Shown here one piece after another: positions 28,785 to 38,571 of a DNA stretch of 64,000 bases (positions within the stretch are counted from its first letter, which is position 1; every line of letters starts with the position of its first letter). The DNA comes from an uncultured virus (IMG/VR IMGVR_UViG_3300042869_000764) (taxonomy: Duplodnaviria; Heunggongvirae; Uroviricota; Caudoviricetes): the IMG/VR virus record IMGVR_UViG_3300042869_000764; one strand, written 5' to 3'. A program made the translations under genes and the position numbers. The notes beneath the pieces were generated by a model that saw nothing but the letters and a program-made list of their open reading frames with translations, did not search any database and had not been told where the DNA came from.

Positions 28785-29618
28785 ATGGCCGACAATAAAT
28801 TACTACAACAGATGCTTGAGCATTTGGTCAATGATGATCAAGTTAAAGCAGAAGAACTGTTCCACGAATATGTGGTAACAAAATCTCGTGAAATCTATGA
28901 ATCTTTAATTGACAGCGAAATTGCTGAAGAAGAAGAAAAAGACGAAGAAGATGAAGAAGTAGACGAAGCTGCAAAAGACGACGATGCAGAAGAAGACAAA
29001 GTCGACGAAGAATTTGAAGACATTGCTATTGAAGGCGATGACGAAATGCCCGCAATGGGCGGTGATCCAACTGACGAGCTAGAAGGCGACATCGATGCAG
29101 AAATGGATGACGAAGAAGGTGAAAAGTCTGAAGAAGAACTATTCCAAGACCTAGATAGCATTGTAGACGAACTACAAGCCAAATTTGATGAACTCAAAGG
29201 CGGAGATGACATGGGCGACATGGGCGATGATGACATGGGCGACATGGGCGACGAAAAAATGAAAGACAGCATGGACCTAGCAACTGTTCGTGAATACGTC
29301 GAGAAAGTTGCACCAGCTAAAATGGGTGACGACGGCGTAAACAACAAGTCTATTGTAGCTGGCAAGAATGACATGGGCGGTACAACTGCCAACATTCTAA
29401 GCGGCAAGAATGGTGCTCCTGGTTCAGAAACAGGTGAATTAAAAGGTTCAGGATTGCTAAAAGGCAAGCCAACCGAAGATAATGCTGGCAACATCAATGT
29501 CCCAGGCGGCAAAGCAGGTAATGCGTTCTCTAAGAAAGAACCTGGACATGGTGCTGAAAAAGCTGGTGCAAAAGAATCACCAGACAACAAGCAAAGCCTT
29601 TTCCGTGGTCGTAGATAA
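28785..29618 (+). CDS. Acidic prohead core protein
   Basis: Extremely D/E-rich, directly upstream of the protease; GAGGAG RBS before ATG 28785; TAAATA at 28747-28752. Confidence 0.65.
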   Translation: MADNKLLQQMLEHLVNDDQVKAEELFHEYVVTKSREIYESLIDSEIAEEEEKDEEDEEVDEAAKDDDAEEDKVDEEFEDIAIEGDDEMPAMGGDPTDELEGDIDAEMDDEEGEKSEEELFQDLDSIVDELQAKFDELKGGDDMGDMGDDDMGDMGDEKMKDSMDLATVREYVEKVAPAKMGDDGVNNKSIVAGKNDMGGTTANILSGKNGAPGSETGELKGSGLLKGKPTEDNAGNINVPGGKAGNAFSKKEPGHGAEKAGAKESPDNKQSLFRGRR

Positions 29619-29627
29619 TAGGACTTA

Positions 29628-30260
29628 ATGGTGAAAACTACTCTATCAGAACATTTGAGTTTTGACCAGGCTAAGATTGTCTTGGAGCGCGACGAAGGCA
29701 GCGACGGTAAAAAGTCGCTGCATCTAAACGGCATTTGCATTCAAGGAGACATCCGTAATGCAAATCAGCGTGTTTACTCTTCTGAAGAAATTGGCAGGGC
29801 TGTCAAAACGCTCAATGAACAGATCGCTGGTGGCTACTCCGTTCTTGGAGAAGTTGATCATCCTCAGGATTTAAAAATTAATCTAGATCGTGTTAGTCAT
29901 ATGATTACCAAGATGTGGATGGATGGTCCTAACGGCTACGGAAAACTAAAAATACTTCCAACTCCTATGGGACAGTTAATTCAGTCCATGCTAGAGGCGG
30001 GAGTCAAACTGGGTGTTAGTTCCAGAGGATCCGGCGAAGTAGACAGTAGTGGCAAAGTGCAGGGTTTTGAAATAATCACAGTAGATGTGGTAGCACAGCC
30101 TAGCGCCCCGGGAGCTTATCCCACACCAGTATACGAACATTTAATCAATAACACAGGCGGTTACAAGGCATATCAAATAGCACAAGAAGTTCAAGGCGAC
30201 CCCAAGGCTCAAAAATACTTAGCAGAAAGTCTCAAGAGAATAATCTCTGGACTCAAATAA
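29628..30260 (+). CDS. gp21: Prohead protease, T4 gp21-like
   Basis: NANQRVY, LGEVDHP, RVSH, GVSSRGSG, DVVAQPSAPGAY. Confidence 0.95.
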   Translation: MVKTTLSEHLSFDQAKIVLERDEGSDGKKSLHLNGICIQGDIRNANQRVYSSEEIGRAVKTLNEQIAGGYSVLGEVDHPQDLKINLDRVSHMITKMWMDGPNGYGKLKILPTPMGQLIQSMLEAGVKLGVSSRGSGEVDSSGKVQGFEIITVDVVAQPSAPGAYPTPVYEHLINNTGGYKAYQIAQEVQGDPKAQKYLAESLKRIISGLK

Positions 30261-30275
30261 CAGTAGGAGAATCAC

Positions 30276-31370
30276 ATGCTAGACATCGTAAAACAATTGT
30301 TTGAAAACAATGTGATTTCCGAAGAAATCAAATCGGAAATTGAATCAGCTTGGGAAAGCAGAATTCAAGAAAGCCGTGATCAAGTAACCGCTGAACTACG
30401 TGAAGAATTTGCTCAGAAGTATGAGCATGACAAAGGCGCAATGGTAGAAGCTGTAGAAGCTATGCTAACAGATCGCTTGCAGGCAGAGTTAGGTGAATTG
30501 GCAGAAGATCGCCAAGGACTTATCGAAGCCCGCGCCAAGTATACTAAGAAAATGAAAGACGATTCCAAAGCAATGGAATCATTTATCTTTAATAATCTTA
30601 ACAAAGAATTGGCAGAACTACACGAAGATCGCAAGACAGTTGCAAACAATGTTGCAAAATTAGAATCTTTTATCGTGGATGCCCTGGCGAAAGAAATCGC
30701 AGAATTCCACACAGATAAGAAAGATTTGGCCGAAACTAAAGTAAAATTAGTACGCGAAAGCAGAGCCAAGTTTGACAATCTCAAGAAAGAATTTATCACA
30801 GCAGCTTCCGTAAAAGTAGCAGAAACAGTGCAGAACGGTCTACGTTCTGAAATGACTCAGCTCAAGGAAGACATTGAATCAGCTAGAAGAAATGACTTTG
30901 GTCGCAGAATTTTTGAATCATTTGCCAGCGAATATGCTGCAAGTCATCTAAATGAGAAATCTGAAACAGCAAAACTTCTCAAAGTTATGATGACAAGAGA
31001 ATCTGAATTGGAACAAGCAGCAAAAATGGTTGCAGAAGCACAGCAACAAGTAGCACAGAAAGAACGTGAACTACATGTCATCAAAGAAAGTAATCAACGC
31101 AAGGAAGTTATGAGCGAATTGCTGAATCCTTTGGCTGGTGACAAACGTGAAGTCATGAAAAGTCTGCTTGAATCAACACAAACAGAAAAGCTACGTACAG
31201 CTTTCGACAAATACCTACCAGCAGTAATGAATGGTGGAGCACCGGCGAAGAAAGTACTATCAGAAGGCAAAGAAATTACAGGCGATAAACAGGCACCTCA
31301 ATCCAGCGGTAAAGAAGAAAAAACCGCTGAGATATTTGACATCCGCAGGCTTGCGGGACTAAAAGTTTAA
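30276..31370 (+). CDS. gp22: Prohead scaffolding protein, T4 gp22-like
   Basis: Coiled-coil, Glu-rich, many L/I-x-E sites; between protease and capsid genes. Confidence 0.85.
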   Translation: MLDIVKQLFENNVISEEIKSEIESAWESRIQESRDQVTAELREEFAQKYEHDKGAMVEAVEAMLTDRLQAELGELAEDRQGLIEARAKYTKKMKDDSKAMESFIFNNLNKELAELHEDRKTVANNVAKLESFIVDALAKEIAEFHTDKKDLAETKVKLVRESRAKFDNLKKEFITAASVKVAETVQNGLRSEMTQLKEDIESARRNDFGRRIFESFASEYAASHLNEKSETAKLLKVMMTRESELEQAAKMVAEAQQQVAQKERELHVIKESNQRKEVMSELLNPLAGDKREVMKSLLESTQTEKLRTAFDKYLPAVMNGGAPAKKVLSEGKEITGDKQAPQSSGKEEKTAEIFDIRRLAGLKV

Positions 31371-31381
31371 GGAGAACTATA

Positions 31382-32548
31382 ATGTCACAATTACTCGAGT
31401 CACGCTGGTCGGAAACCAAAGACGCCCTTTTAGAAGGTCTTCAAGGTAACAAGCGTTCAGTAATGGCAACAACTCTAGAAAATACCCGCAAGTATTTGGC
31501 AGAGAGTGCCACCGCTGGAGCAACATCCGCCGGTAACGTTGCAACACTAAATCGTGTGATCCTTCCTGTGATCAGACGTGTAATGCCTACGGTCATTGCT
31601 AATGAATTAGTTGGCGTACAGCCAATGACAGGTCCAGTTGGTCAGATCCATACTCTACGTGTTCGCTACAGCGATACATTTAGCGGCACTGGTGGAAACG
31701 TTACAGCTGGTGAAGAGGCTCTAAGCCCATTCAAGATTGCTGAAGGTTATGCTGGTGCTACTACTGGTAAGGCTGCTTCAACAGCTGCACTAGAAGGCGT
31801 AGCAGGTAACAAACTAAGCATTCAAATCTTGAAGCAAACAGTTGAAGCTAAGACACGTAAGTTGTCAGCTCGCTGGACATTCGAAGCAGCTCAAGATGCA
31901 CAAGCCCAACAAGGCATTGACATCGAAGCTGAGATCATGGCTGCTCTTGCACAAGAGATCACAGCTGAGATCGATCAAGAAGTTCTACGTAGCCTAGCTA
32001 CATTGTCTTCAACAGTATTAACATATGACCAAGCTGCTGTATCTGGAACAGCAACATTCGTTGGTGACGAGCATGCCGCATTGGCAGTTCAGATCAACCG
32101 TGCTGCTAACTTGATCGCTCAGCGTACACGTCGTGGTGCTGGTAACTGGGCAGTTGTATCACCAACAACATTAACATTGTTGCAAAGTGCTACTACTTCT
32201 GCTTTTGCTCGCACAACAGAAGGCACATTTGAAGCTCCAACAAACACCAAGTTCGTTGGTACATTGAACAGTGCAATGAAAGTGTATGTTAACACATATG
32301 CAGAGAACGACAACGTTCTAGTTGGTTACAAAGGTTCTAGCGAATCTGACGCAGCAGCATTCTATTGCCCATACATTCCATTGATGAGCAGTGGTGTTGT
32401 TCTTGACCCAGCAACTTTTGAACCAGTCGTGTCCTTCATGACACGTTATGGTTATGTTGAGTTGACAAACACAGCTTCTTCTCTAGGTAACGCAGCTGAT
32501 TACTTGGCGACTGTTGCTGTAACATCCGCTAACCTACGTTTTGCTTAA
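31382..32548 (+). CDS. gp23: Major capsid protein, T4 gp23-like
   Basis: VGVQPMTGP, AKTRKL.ARWT.E..QD, EITAEIDQE, FYCPYIPL, FMTRYG. Confidence 0.97.
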   Translation: MSQLLESRWSETKDALLEGLQGNKRSVMATTLENTRKYLAESATAGATSAGNVATLNRVILPVIRRVMPTVIANELVGVQPMTGPVGQIHTLRVRYSDTFSGTGGNVTAGEEALSPFKIAEGYAGATTGKAASTAALEGVAGNKLSIQILKQTVEAKTRKLSARWTFEAAQDAQAQQGIDIEAEIMAALAQEITAEIDQEVLRSLATLSSTVLTYDQAAVSGTATFVGDEHAALAVQINRAANLIAQRTRRGAGNWAVVSPTTLTLLQSATTSAFARTTEGTFEAPTNTKFVGTLNSAMKVYVNTYAENDNVLVGYKGSSESDAAAFYCPYIPLMSSGVVLDPATFEPVVSFMTRYGYVELTNTASSLGNAADYLATVAVTSANLRFA

Positions 32549-32572
32549 TCTGTAACACGTATAACGCAACTT

Positions 32573-32598
32573 CAAAAAGGCTCTTCGGAGCCTTTTTG
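32573..32598 (+). terminator. Intrinsic terminator after the capsid gene
   Basis: CAAAAAGGCTC-TTCG-GAGCCTTTTTG with C(UUCG)G tetraloop. Confidence 0.9.
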
Positions 32599-32613
32599 TT
32601 TGACTTAAATATC

Positions 32614-32886
32614 ATGATGAAAGTGGAATCGGAACAAGACTTCAAACAACTACGTGAGCAGTTTACGGCATGGAGAAATCGCTTTCCAATGTTTACGCAT
32701 GATGTTCAACGCATTGAAAAAATAATAAACCAACACATTACTGCGCACAGTAAAATAATGGTCTTGTATAGACAAACTAAAAATCGCGGATATTTAGAAA
32801 AAGCACAACAAGAAATCAATGCCATCAATACAATATTAAACACTGTAGAAAAAATGGAACTGATGAGTCTGCTAAGTCGCGGATAA
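32614..32886 (+). CDS. Hypothetical protein
   Basis: ATG ATG at 32614/32617 just after TAAATA (32606-32611); helical ORF filling the gap. Confidence 0.6.
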   Translation: MMKVESEQDFKQLREQFTAWRNRFPMFTHDVQRIEKIINQHITAHSKIMVLYRQTKNRGYLEKAQQEINAINTILNTVEKMELMSLLSRG

Positions 32887-32894
32887 ATAAAGTA

Positions 32895-32938
32895 TCTAGA
32901 AGAATTATGCGGTACCCGCCGCGTAGACCTAGAACGTC
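32895..32938 (+). promoter_or_regulatory. Candidate structured 5' leader
   Basis: TCTAG/CTAGA outer stem and TATGCGG/CCGCGTA inner stem between TAAATA (32884-32889) and an AAGGAG RBS. Confidence 0.4.
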
Positions 32939-32956
32939 AAACACAAGGAGAAACAA

Positions 32957-33364
32957 ATGGGACGCCCACTAAACAAGAAATTTTTTGGTTTATTAGATGA
33001 TGGTACTAACATCACGGTAAACTGTCAAGTAGGATCAAATGCAGAATCTGCAGTAGGTTATATCGTTCGTCAACGCTCACCAAAAAGATTTATAGTCAAC
33101 GACAAAAAAACTGGTACAAACAAACTAGTAGGTGACACTGAATCAGGAAACAGCCAAGGTAATGTAGGAGTTTGCCAACTAGTAGATAAAGCAGACGGTG
33201 CTTTAGATGCAAATGAAATGAGCATTATGGGTGAATTTAACGGACAGGGTATAAGAATAGCCAAGTTAACCAACAAAATAGCTGTAGATTTTAACGGCAC
33301 AAGATACAAATGGTCTATAGTTAACGACTCTACAACTAGCATACTTTCTCTAACAGCACCGTAA
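32957..33364 (+). CDS. Putative virion structural protein
   Basis: Strong RBS and late promoter; first gene of the structural cluster. Confidence 0.55.
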   Translation: MGRPLNKKFFGLLDDGTNITVNCQVGSNAESAVGYIVRQRSPKRFIVNDKKTGTNKLVGDTESGNSQGNVGVCQLVDKADGALDANEMSIMGEFNGQGIRIAKLTNKIAVDFNGTRYKWSIVNDSTTSILSLTAP

Positions 33365-33377
33365 TTTAGGACCGTAA

Positions 33378-34430
33378 ATGGGACAGTTTCTAAGAGTCAA
33401 CGGCGACTACAACATTCGAGCAGGCGACGGTGCCAAGATAACACTTGACACTGGACCTGCTGTGAGTGGTGGGTCAGTACGAGTCACTGGTAATCTCGTG
33501 GTCGAAGGTGATACCTTTAATATCAGTACTACTAACTTAACCATTGAAGATAACATTATATCGCTAAACACTGGTGAAGTAGGACCAGGTGTTACCCTGA
33601 TATATTCTGGTGTTGAAATCGATCGTGGCAATACTTCTGCAGTAACTCCGCAGAACAACGCCAGCTTGCTCTACGACGAAAGCACTGACTCGTGGTTAAT
33701 CGCGCATGGTTCTGCTCCAGGGCCGTTTAATTTTGATGCCAGTAGTCTTCGCCTCAAACAGATACTAACAAACAGCACCACCGATTCAGGTGACCTCACA
33801 CTGATAGGAACCGGCACCGGAGTAGTAAAAGTGTTGGGTACTATTAATTATGAAGATCAAGTCACAGAAGATGATGATATTCCAAACAAGAAATTTGTTG
33901 ATGATGCAATTCAAAATAATCCCACATTTCAAATTGTAGCACCACAAAGCCAAGACACCAGAGTGGTTATTGCAGACAAAGATATTACTCCTAATCTCGC
34001 TGGCACAGCTGGATCGTTGGCATATTTTACAGCAACCACTAGTTATAATACTTTTGGTGAAAGTGCAGTTTCGATAATAGTAGACAATGCTCTAGTCGGA
34101 CAGTTCTATACAAATAGATTTGAAGTAGGCGATCTAGAAATTGGTGGCGGGCCGGATCGCAATGAAATTACAAGTCGTGCCAGCATAACCAACGAAAACA
34201 TTTATGTAAGAACTCAAGGCACCGGTAAACTTCAAACCAACTATGCCATGCAGTTTGAAAAAATTGGCACAGTGCCCGGATATGTATCAAATAATGTATT
34301 GCTATATGCAGCTGTGCCTGGCACAGGCACCACAGGAGTATATTTTGTCAACGACAGCGCAGAAACTGCAAAACAAAATGGTGAGTTGATAAGTAAAAAC
34401 AAAGCACTGGTATTCAGCATGCTATTTTAA
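33378..34430 (+). CDS. Virion structural protein
   Basis: Beta-rich VTGNLVVEG...IEDNIISLN fibre-type motifs; IPNKKFVD. Confidence 0.6.
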   Translation: MGQFLRVNGDYNIRAGDGAKITLDTGPAVSGGSVRVTGNLVVEGDTFNISTTNLTIEDNIISLNTGEVGPGVTLIYSGVEIDRGNTSAVTPQNNASLLYDESTDSWLIAHGSAPGPFNFDASSLRLKQILTNSTTDSGDLTLIGTGTGVVKVLGTINYEDQVTEDDDIPNKKFVDDAIQNNPTFQIVAPQSQDTRVVIADKDITPNLAGTAGSLAYFTATTSYNTFGESAVSIIVDNALVGQFYTNRFEVGDLEIGGGPDRNEITSRASITNENIYVRTQGTGKLQTNYAMQFEKIGTVPGYVSNNVLLYAAVPGTGTTGVYFVNDSAETAKQNGELISKNKALVFSMLF

Positions 34431-34439
34431 GAGACACAT

Positions 34440-34841
34440 ATGATAAGAAACTATGAAAATCCCGAAGGCACACTATCACTGGTAGATTCTACCAATGTCA
34501 CTATTCCAGTTAAAGTGTTTACCAGCTCAACCACAGGCGGGCCTATTGGAGGTGGAGTGACGGGTAGAGAAAATGCCGTGACCACCATAGCATTGTGCAA
34601 CACACTAGCACCCGATCCTGCAGACGAAACTACTAACAGTGTTACAGTAAATATCTATATAGTTCGAAGCGGACTAAGTTATGCAGCTGGTAATCTTGTG
34701 GTCAGCAATCTTGTAATACCTGCCGGTGAAACTGTGTTCTTTTCTGAAGAACGCATAGTGTTGGCCAGCGGCGACCAAATATGGGTTGGCACTTCACAAG
34801 CCGCAGGACTAAGTGTAACTGTGAGCGTATTAGCTGTATGA
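34440..34841 (+). CDS. Small beta-rich virion protein (paralog family A)
   Basis: LCN...IPAGETV..ERIVL..GDQI; similar pattern to 37851 and 52089. Confidence 0.6.
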   Translation: MIRNYENPEGTLSLVDSTNVTIPVKVFTSSTTGGPIGGGVTGRENAVTTIALCNTLAPDPADETTNSVTVNIYIVRSGLSYAAGNLVVSNLVIPAGETVFFSEERIVLASGDQIWVGTSQAAGLSVTVSVLAV

Positions 34842-35563
34842 AATTCTTAAAGACTAAAAATATTTCTCAGTTTAGCATCAACGATCGTGCGTTGATTTAT
34901 TATCCTGCTGGCAACGGTCCTGGCAATAGAGTAGTGATCAACGCCAACGGTGGTATGATGTTGCCCAAAGGCACAACTGCACAACGACCACAGTTGACCA
35001 GTGTTCGGCAACCTACAGATGCCAACGGCACTATTCGGTATAACACAACAATTCCAGCACTAGAAGCTTATGTAGGCGGCGCCTGGGTCACAGTAGCAAG
35101 TCCATTTGCTGCTGCTATTACCAAACAAACACTAGGCCCAGGAGACGGTGTTTCTACTATTTTTGGACCGTTGAACAGCACCTATGCACCATCGTATGCT
35201 GCCAGTGCAGATAATGTGTTGGTATTAGTAGAAAACGTCATGCAGATTTCTACCACCAATTTTACAGTGGTTCAAAATCCCACAAGCACAGGAACAGGCG
35301 CAGAAATTAATGCCACATCATTGAGTAGCGGAAACAACGGCACAAGTTATATAATTACTTCGGTAGGAACTACAACATTTACATCATTCGGTGCAGGTGC
35401 AAACACAGTAGGCACAGTGTTTACAAAAAGTGGCGGGACTCCTACAGGATCAGGTAAGGTACGTATCGCTGGATACTATCTCACATTTACATCAGCAGTA
35501 CCAGCATCGGGAGGAGGCGGTAATCCAGTTTACGTAACTGTATACTACGGATACGCCAACTAA
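34838..35563 (+). CDS. Virion structural protein
   Basis: Start moved to ATG 34838 (ATGA overlap with previous stop); PKGTTAQRP...GTIRYNT...LEAYVGGAW motif. Confidence 0.65.
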   Translation: MKFLKTKNISQFSINDRALIYYPAGNGPGNRVVINANGGMMLPKGTTAQRPQLTSVRQPTDANGTIRYNTTIPALEAYVGGAWVTVASPFAAAITKQTLGPGDGVSTIFGPLNSTYAPSYAASADNVLVLVENVMQISTTNFTVVQNPTSTGTGAEINATSLSSGNNGTSYIITSVGTTTFTSFGAGANTVGTVFTKSGGTPTGSGKVRIAGYYLTFTSAVPASGGGGNPVYVTVYYGYAN

Positions 35564-35565
35564 CC

Positions 35566-36663
35566 ATGAGTCAATTGGGGCGCATAGGTGGACAGGTATT
35601 AACAGACAACCTGTTACGTGCAGGCGTTGACCTTGCGTTTGAAACTAATCTACTATATATAGATGTCAACAATCAACGTATTGGCGTTAGAGATTCAACG
35701 CCAGTATATACGTTAGATGTAAACAGCAATTTTACAACCAACGATCTCACTGTAGTCACACAGATAGCTCCAGGCAATTTAAGAATAAATTCACCTGATA
35801 ATTTTACCACCAGTGTAGGTGGTATTGATGTGTATATCAACGGTGACGGCGAAATATTTCATGATCGATTGATCACAAACAATCTTGTATTAGATGGCAA
35901 TCTTATATCTAGCTTGTCTAACAGCGACATAGTTCTAGATCCCAACGGATCAGGAACAGTAGAGTTAAGAGCCAACACTGACATCGCTGGTAATCTTGCA
36001 GTAAGTGGAAACATCAATATCAGCGGAAATTTATCAGGTCAAGGAACCTTGACATTTGGTGACCAAACTTTAGATACGATTACTATAAACACAGATTTTA
36101 CTCAAAGCATCATACCTGGAGATGATTTGACCTATGCTATGGGTGCAGACGCAGGTGACAGCAGTGCAAGGCGTTGGAGTCAAATACATGCACCGGACTG
36201 GACAAATATAACCAACGGAGCATGGCCCGGCAGCGGACTACGGTCGCAATCAGTAACAGTTAGTGATCAACTTATCCTTAACGGAGTAATTAATAAAATA
36301 TCGGCCACGCAGAGCAACGACGATGTAGTATTATTGCCAGACACAGGCATTACTCGCATAGAGGCCACACAGTGGCAGAACAATGACATAACCAACCTCT
36401 TAAATACACCATTGATTTTTGCCAGCACAGCAGGCATTGGATATTTGAGATTCATGGATACCAATGCATTTGTCATACCCTCAGGAGATAATTCCCAGAG
36501 AAGAGGCAGCCCAGAAGTTGGTGAAACACGGTGGAACACTGAAGAAGGATATTTAGAATGTTACGACGGCACTGTGTGGGCAATCGGCACAGGTGGCGGT
36601 GTCGAAGTTAGTGTTGAGATTATGGAAGACCTCAGCCATATTTATAACCTGATGTTAGGGTAA
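35566..36663 (+). CDS. Virion structural/fibre protein (paralog family B)
   Basis: GRIGGQVLTDNLLRAGVDLAFETNLLY N-terminus; PSGDNSQR...RWNT...LECYDG. Confidence 0.65.
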   Translation: MSQLGRIGGQVLTDNLLRAGVDLAFETNLLYIDVNNQRIGVRDSTPVYTLDVNSNFTTNDLTVVTQIAPGNLRINSPDNFTTSVGGIDVYINGDGEIFHDRLITNNLVLDGNLISSLSNSDIVLDPNGSGTVELRANTDIAGNLAVSGNINISGNLSGQGTLTFGDQTLDTITINTDFTQSIIPGDDLTYAMGADAGDSSARRWSQIHAPDWTNITNGAWPGSGLRSQSVTVSDQLILNGVINKISATQSNDDVVLLPDTGITRIEATQWQNNDITNLLNTPLIFASTAGIGYLRFMDTNAFVIPSGDNSQRRGSPEVGETRWNTEEGYLECYDGTVWAIGTGGGVEVSVEIMEDLSHIYNLMLG

Positions 36664-36691
36664 TTTTCAAAAATCGATAAATACTTTTAAT

Positions 36692-36790
36692 TGCAAAAAC
36701 GACCATTTTTGCAGGATCCGACTGCGGTAAACCGGCAAAGAGCGTGAGCTGAAAATCTGGTTAACGGTGTAACACCGGGTAAATTGGAGA
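36692..36790 (+). promoter_or_regulatory. Candidate multi-stem cis-regulatory leader RNA
   Basis: Five stems between TAAATA (36678-36683) and ATG 36795; the closing stem pairs part of the GGAG RBS. Confidence 0.55.
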
Positions 36791-36794
36791 GCTA

Positions 36795-37847
36795 ATGGCT
36801 ATCGGTCGCATTTCCGGTCAGCTCTTGAAGTCAAATCTTCTTCGTGCAGGAGAAAATCTGGCATTCGAGACGGACTTACTCTATCTAGATGTTGTGAACT
36901 CTCGAATCGGGATACGCACAGCGACCCCAACGGTTGACCTCGATGTCAACGGACACACCCGTTCTACAAACGTCACAGTAGACAATCAATTAAATATTGG
37001 AAACTTACACTTTACTGGTAATACCATAACTAGTGATTCCAACACTATAAATTTTGCAGCGGCAGCAGGTGAAGCCACTGTTTACCACTCAAGACTGCAG
37101 ATAGACGATTTACAACTGCAAGGCAATGTTATATCAACCACTGTCAGCAACAGTTCTATAGAAATAGACCCTAATGGAACCGGCACAGTTAATGTCATAG
37201 CCAACACCAATATCACAGGAAATCTAGCAGTTACAGGAAATGTAAGTGCTACCGGTAATATAGTCATTGGCGGAAATATAACTATTGGTGATGCTCTTAC
37301 AGATAATATTGTAATCAATGCCAGCATTCGCAGCGACCTTGTGCCAGAAACTGATAATCTTTATGATCTAGGATCTCCCACATTCCGTTGGAGAGCTATC
37401 TATGTCAATGATTTTTATACCAATACTATAAACGTTCCAGCATTGGATGTTGGAAACTTGATGTTCCGTGACAATGAGATTACCACAACTACTGGACAAG
37501 ATCTATACATTGATGGCAACGGTGCAGGCGGTGTTAGATTAGGTAATTTTAGAATTGTTGACAACGTTATTACAAATGTGTCTACAAATGCAATCACACA
37601 AATAGCACAGTCTGGCACAGGCTATTTTAAAATACAAGGTACTAATGGGTTTGTTCCTCCTAGAGGAGATGACGGACAACGTCCTACAGCTTATGCAGTT
37701 TTAGGAATGACTAGATTTAATACCAATTCTAAAGCATTAGAAATATGGGACGGGTTAACTTGGGCATCACCGGCTGGAGCATCGGGAGCTGTGAGTATTA
37801 CCCAGGCCAACGACATTGCAGTGCAGATAGCACTCACACTAGGATAA
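36795..37847 (+). CDS. Virion structural/fibre protein (paralog family B)
   Basis: GRISGQLLKSNLLRAGENLAFETDLLY; colinear with the 35566 gene. Confidence 0.65.
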   Translation: MAIGRISGQLLKSNLLRAGENLAFETDLLYLDVVNSRIGIRTATPTVDLDVNGHTRSTNVTVDNQLNIGNLHFTGNTITSDSNTINFAAAAGEATVYHSRLQIDDLQLQGNVISTTVSNSSIEIDPNGTGTVNVIANTNITGNLAVTGNVSATGNIVIGGNITIGDALTDNIVINASIRSDLVPETDNLYDLGSPTFRWRAIYVNDFYTNTINVPALDVGNLMFRDNEITTTTGQDLYIDGNGAGGVRLGNFRIVDNVITNVSTNAITQIAQSGTGYFKIQGTNGFVPPRGDDGQRPTAYAVLGMTRFNTNSKALEIWDGLTWASPAGASGAVSITQANDIAVQIALTLG

Positions 37848-37850
37848 AAT

Positions 37851-38183
37851 ATGCCAACCTTATTTAGACATGCGGTTAACACTAATATAGGAACTACTCC
37901 TGTTGATGTAATACAGATACCACTGGGAGTAAGAGCTACGGTGATTGGATTGAATTTGGCCAATATCACAGACTATGACACCGCCGTAGTTGACGTGTAT
38001 ATTATAGATGAAAATTCTACTCAAGCACACTATATACGAGGATTATCAATTTCTCCTAACAGCACAGCTAAGATTATCACACAAGGTGAAAAACTGATAT
38101 TACCAGAAACCGCAGGTATACGAATAGTCAGCGATACCGAAGACAGCATTGATGTTGTTGTTAGTTATGTAGAAATATCTTAA
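37851..38183 (+). CDS. Small beta-rich virion protein (family A)
   Basis: LNLANI...ISPNST...GEKLIL...IRIVSD. Confidence 0.6.
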   Translation: MPTLFRHAVNTNIGTTPVDVIQIPLGVRATVIGLNLANITDYDTAVVDVYIIDENSTQAHYIRGLSISPNSTAKIITQGEKLILPETAGIRIVSDTEDSIDVVVSYVEIS

Positions 38184-38192
38184 GGAAAAATC

Positions 38193-38558
38193 ATGCCAAG
38201 TAATTATTATTTAGGTCAAAGTCCAGATGAAGCACTAGGAGATAGTCCTCGCTATTGGTATGCTCTGCGTAGAAACAGCGACGGAGAATTATTTTTGTAT
38301 AGAAGTGATCAACTCAAAGACAAAGACAGCATTGAATTAAATTTACCAGGCGCTCCTGAAGAAAATTTTGAAGATTTTGAACCAGGCGTAGATTATTTTG
38401 ATGGTATCACGCAAGATCACGAAGTAGAATATGACAATTTAGTCTGGACACAATATCGTTGGGACAACAGAAACATGTTGTATTATGTAGATAATCAGGG
38501 AAGATTAACCCAGAGAATAAATCAGGGATACACCTATCCCACAGGTCATTCAAGTTAA
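38193..38558 (+). CDS. Hypothetical, probable virion protein
   Basis: AAGGA RBS; embedded in the structural operon. Confidence 0.55.
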   Translation: MPSNYYLGQSPDEALGDSPRYWYALRRNSDGELFLYRSDQLKDKDSIELNLPGAPEENFEDFEPGVDYFDGITQDHEVEYDNLVWTQYRWDNRNMLYYVDNQGRLTQRINQGYTYPTGHSS

Positions 38559-38571
38559 AGTGGAATAAATC

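Noticed and set aside
29205..29250. GATGACATGGGCGACATGGGC tandem repeat
   Set aside because: Encodes the low-complexity DDMGDMG segment of the acidic core protein; no separate function evident
28895..29740. Long antisense ORFs (also 14931-15722, 42780-43574 and many shorter ones)
   Set aside because: Shadows of real genes caused by codon bias; Ser/Pro-rich and without start signals
36717..36790. c-di-GMP-I riboswitch identity for the 36.7 kb leader
   Set aside because: Only superficial GGTAAACC and GCAAAG words; stem arrangement does not fit the GEMM consensus as I recall it
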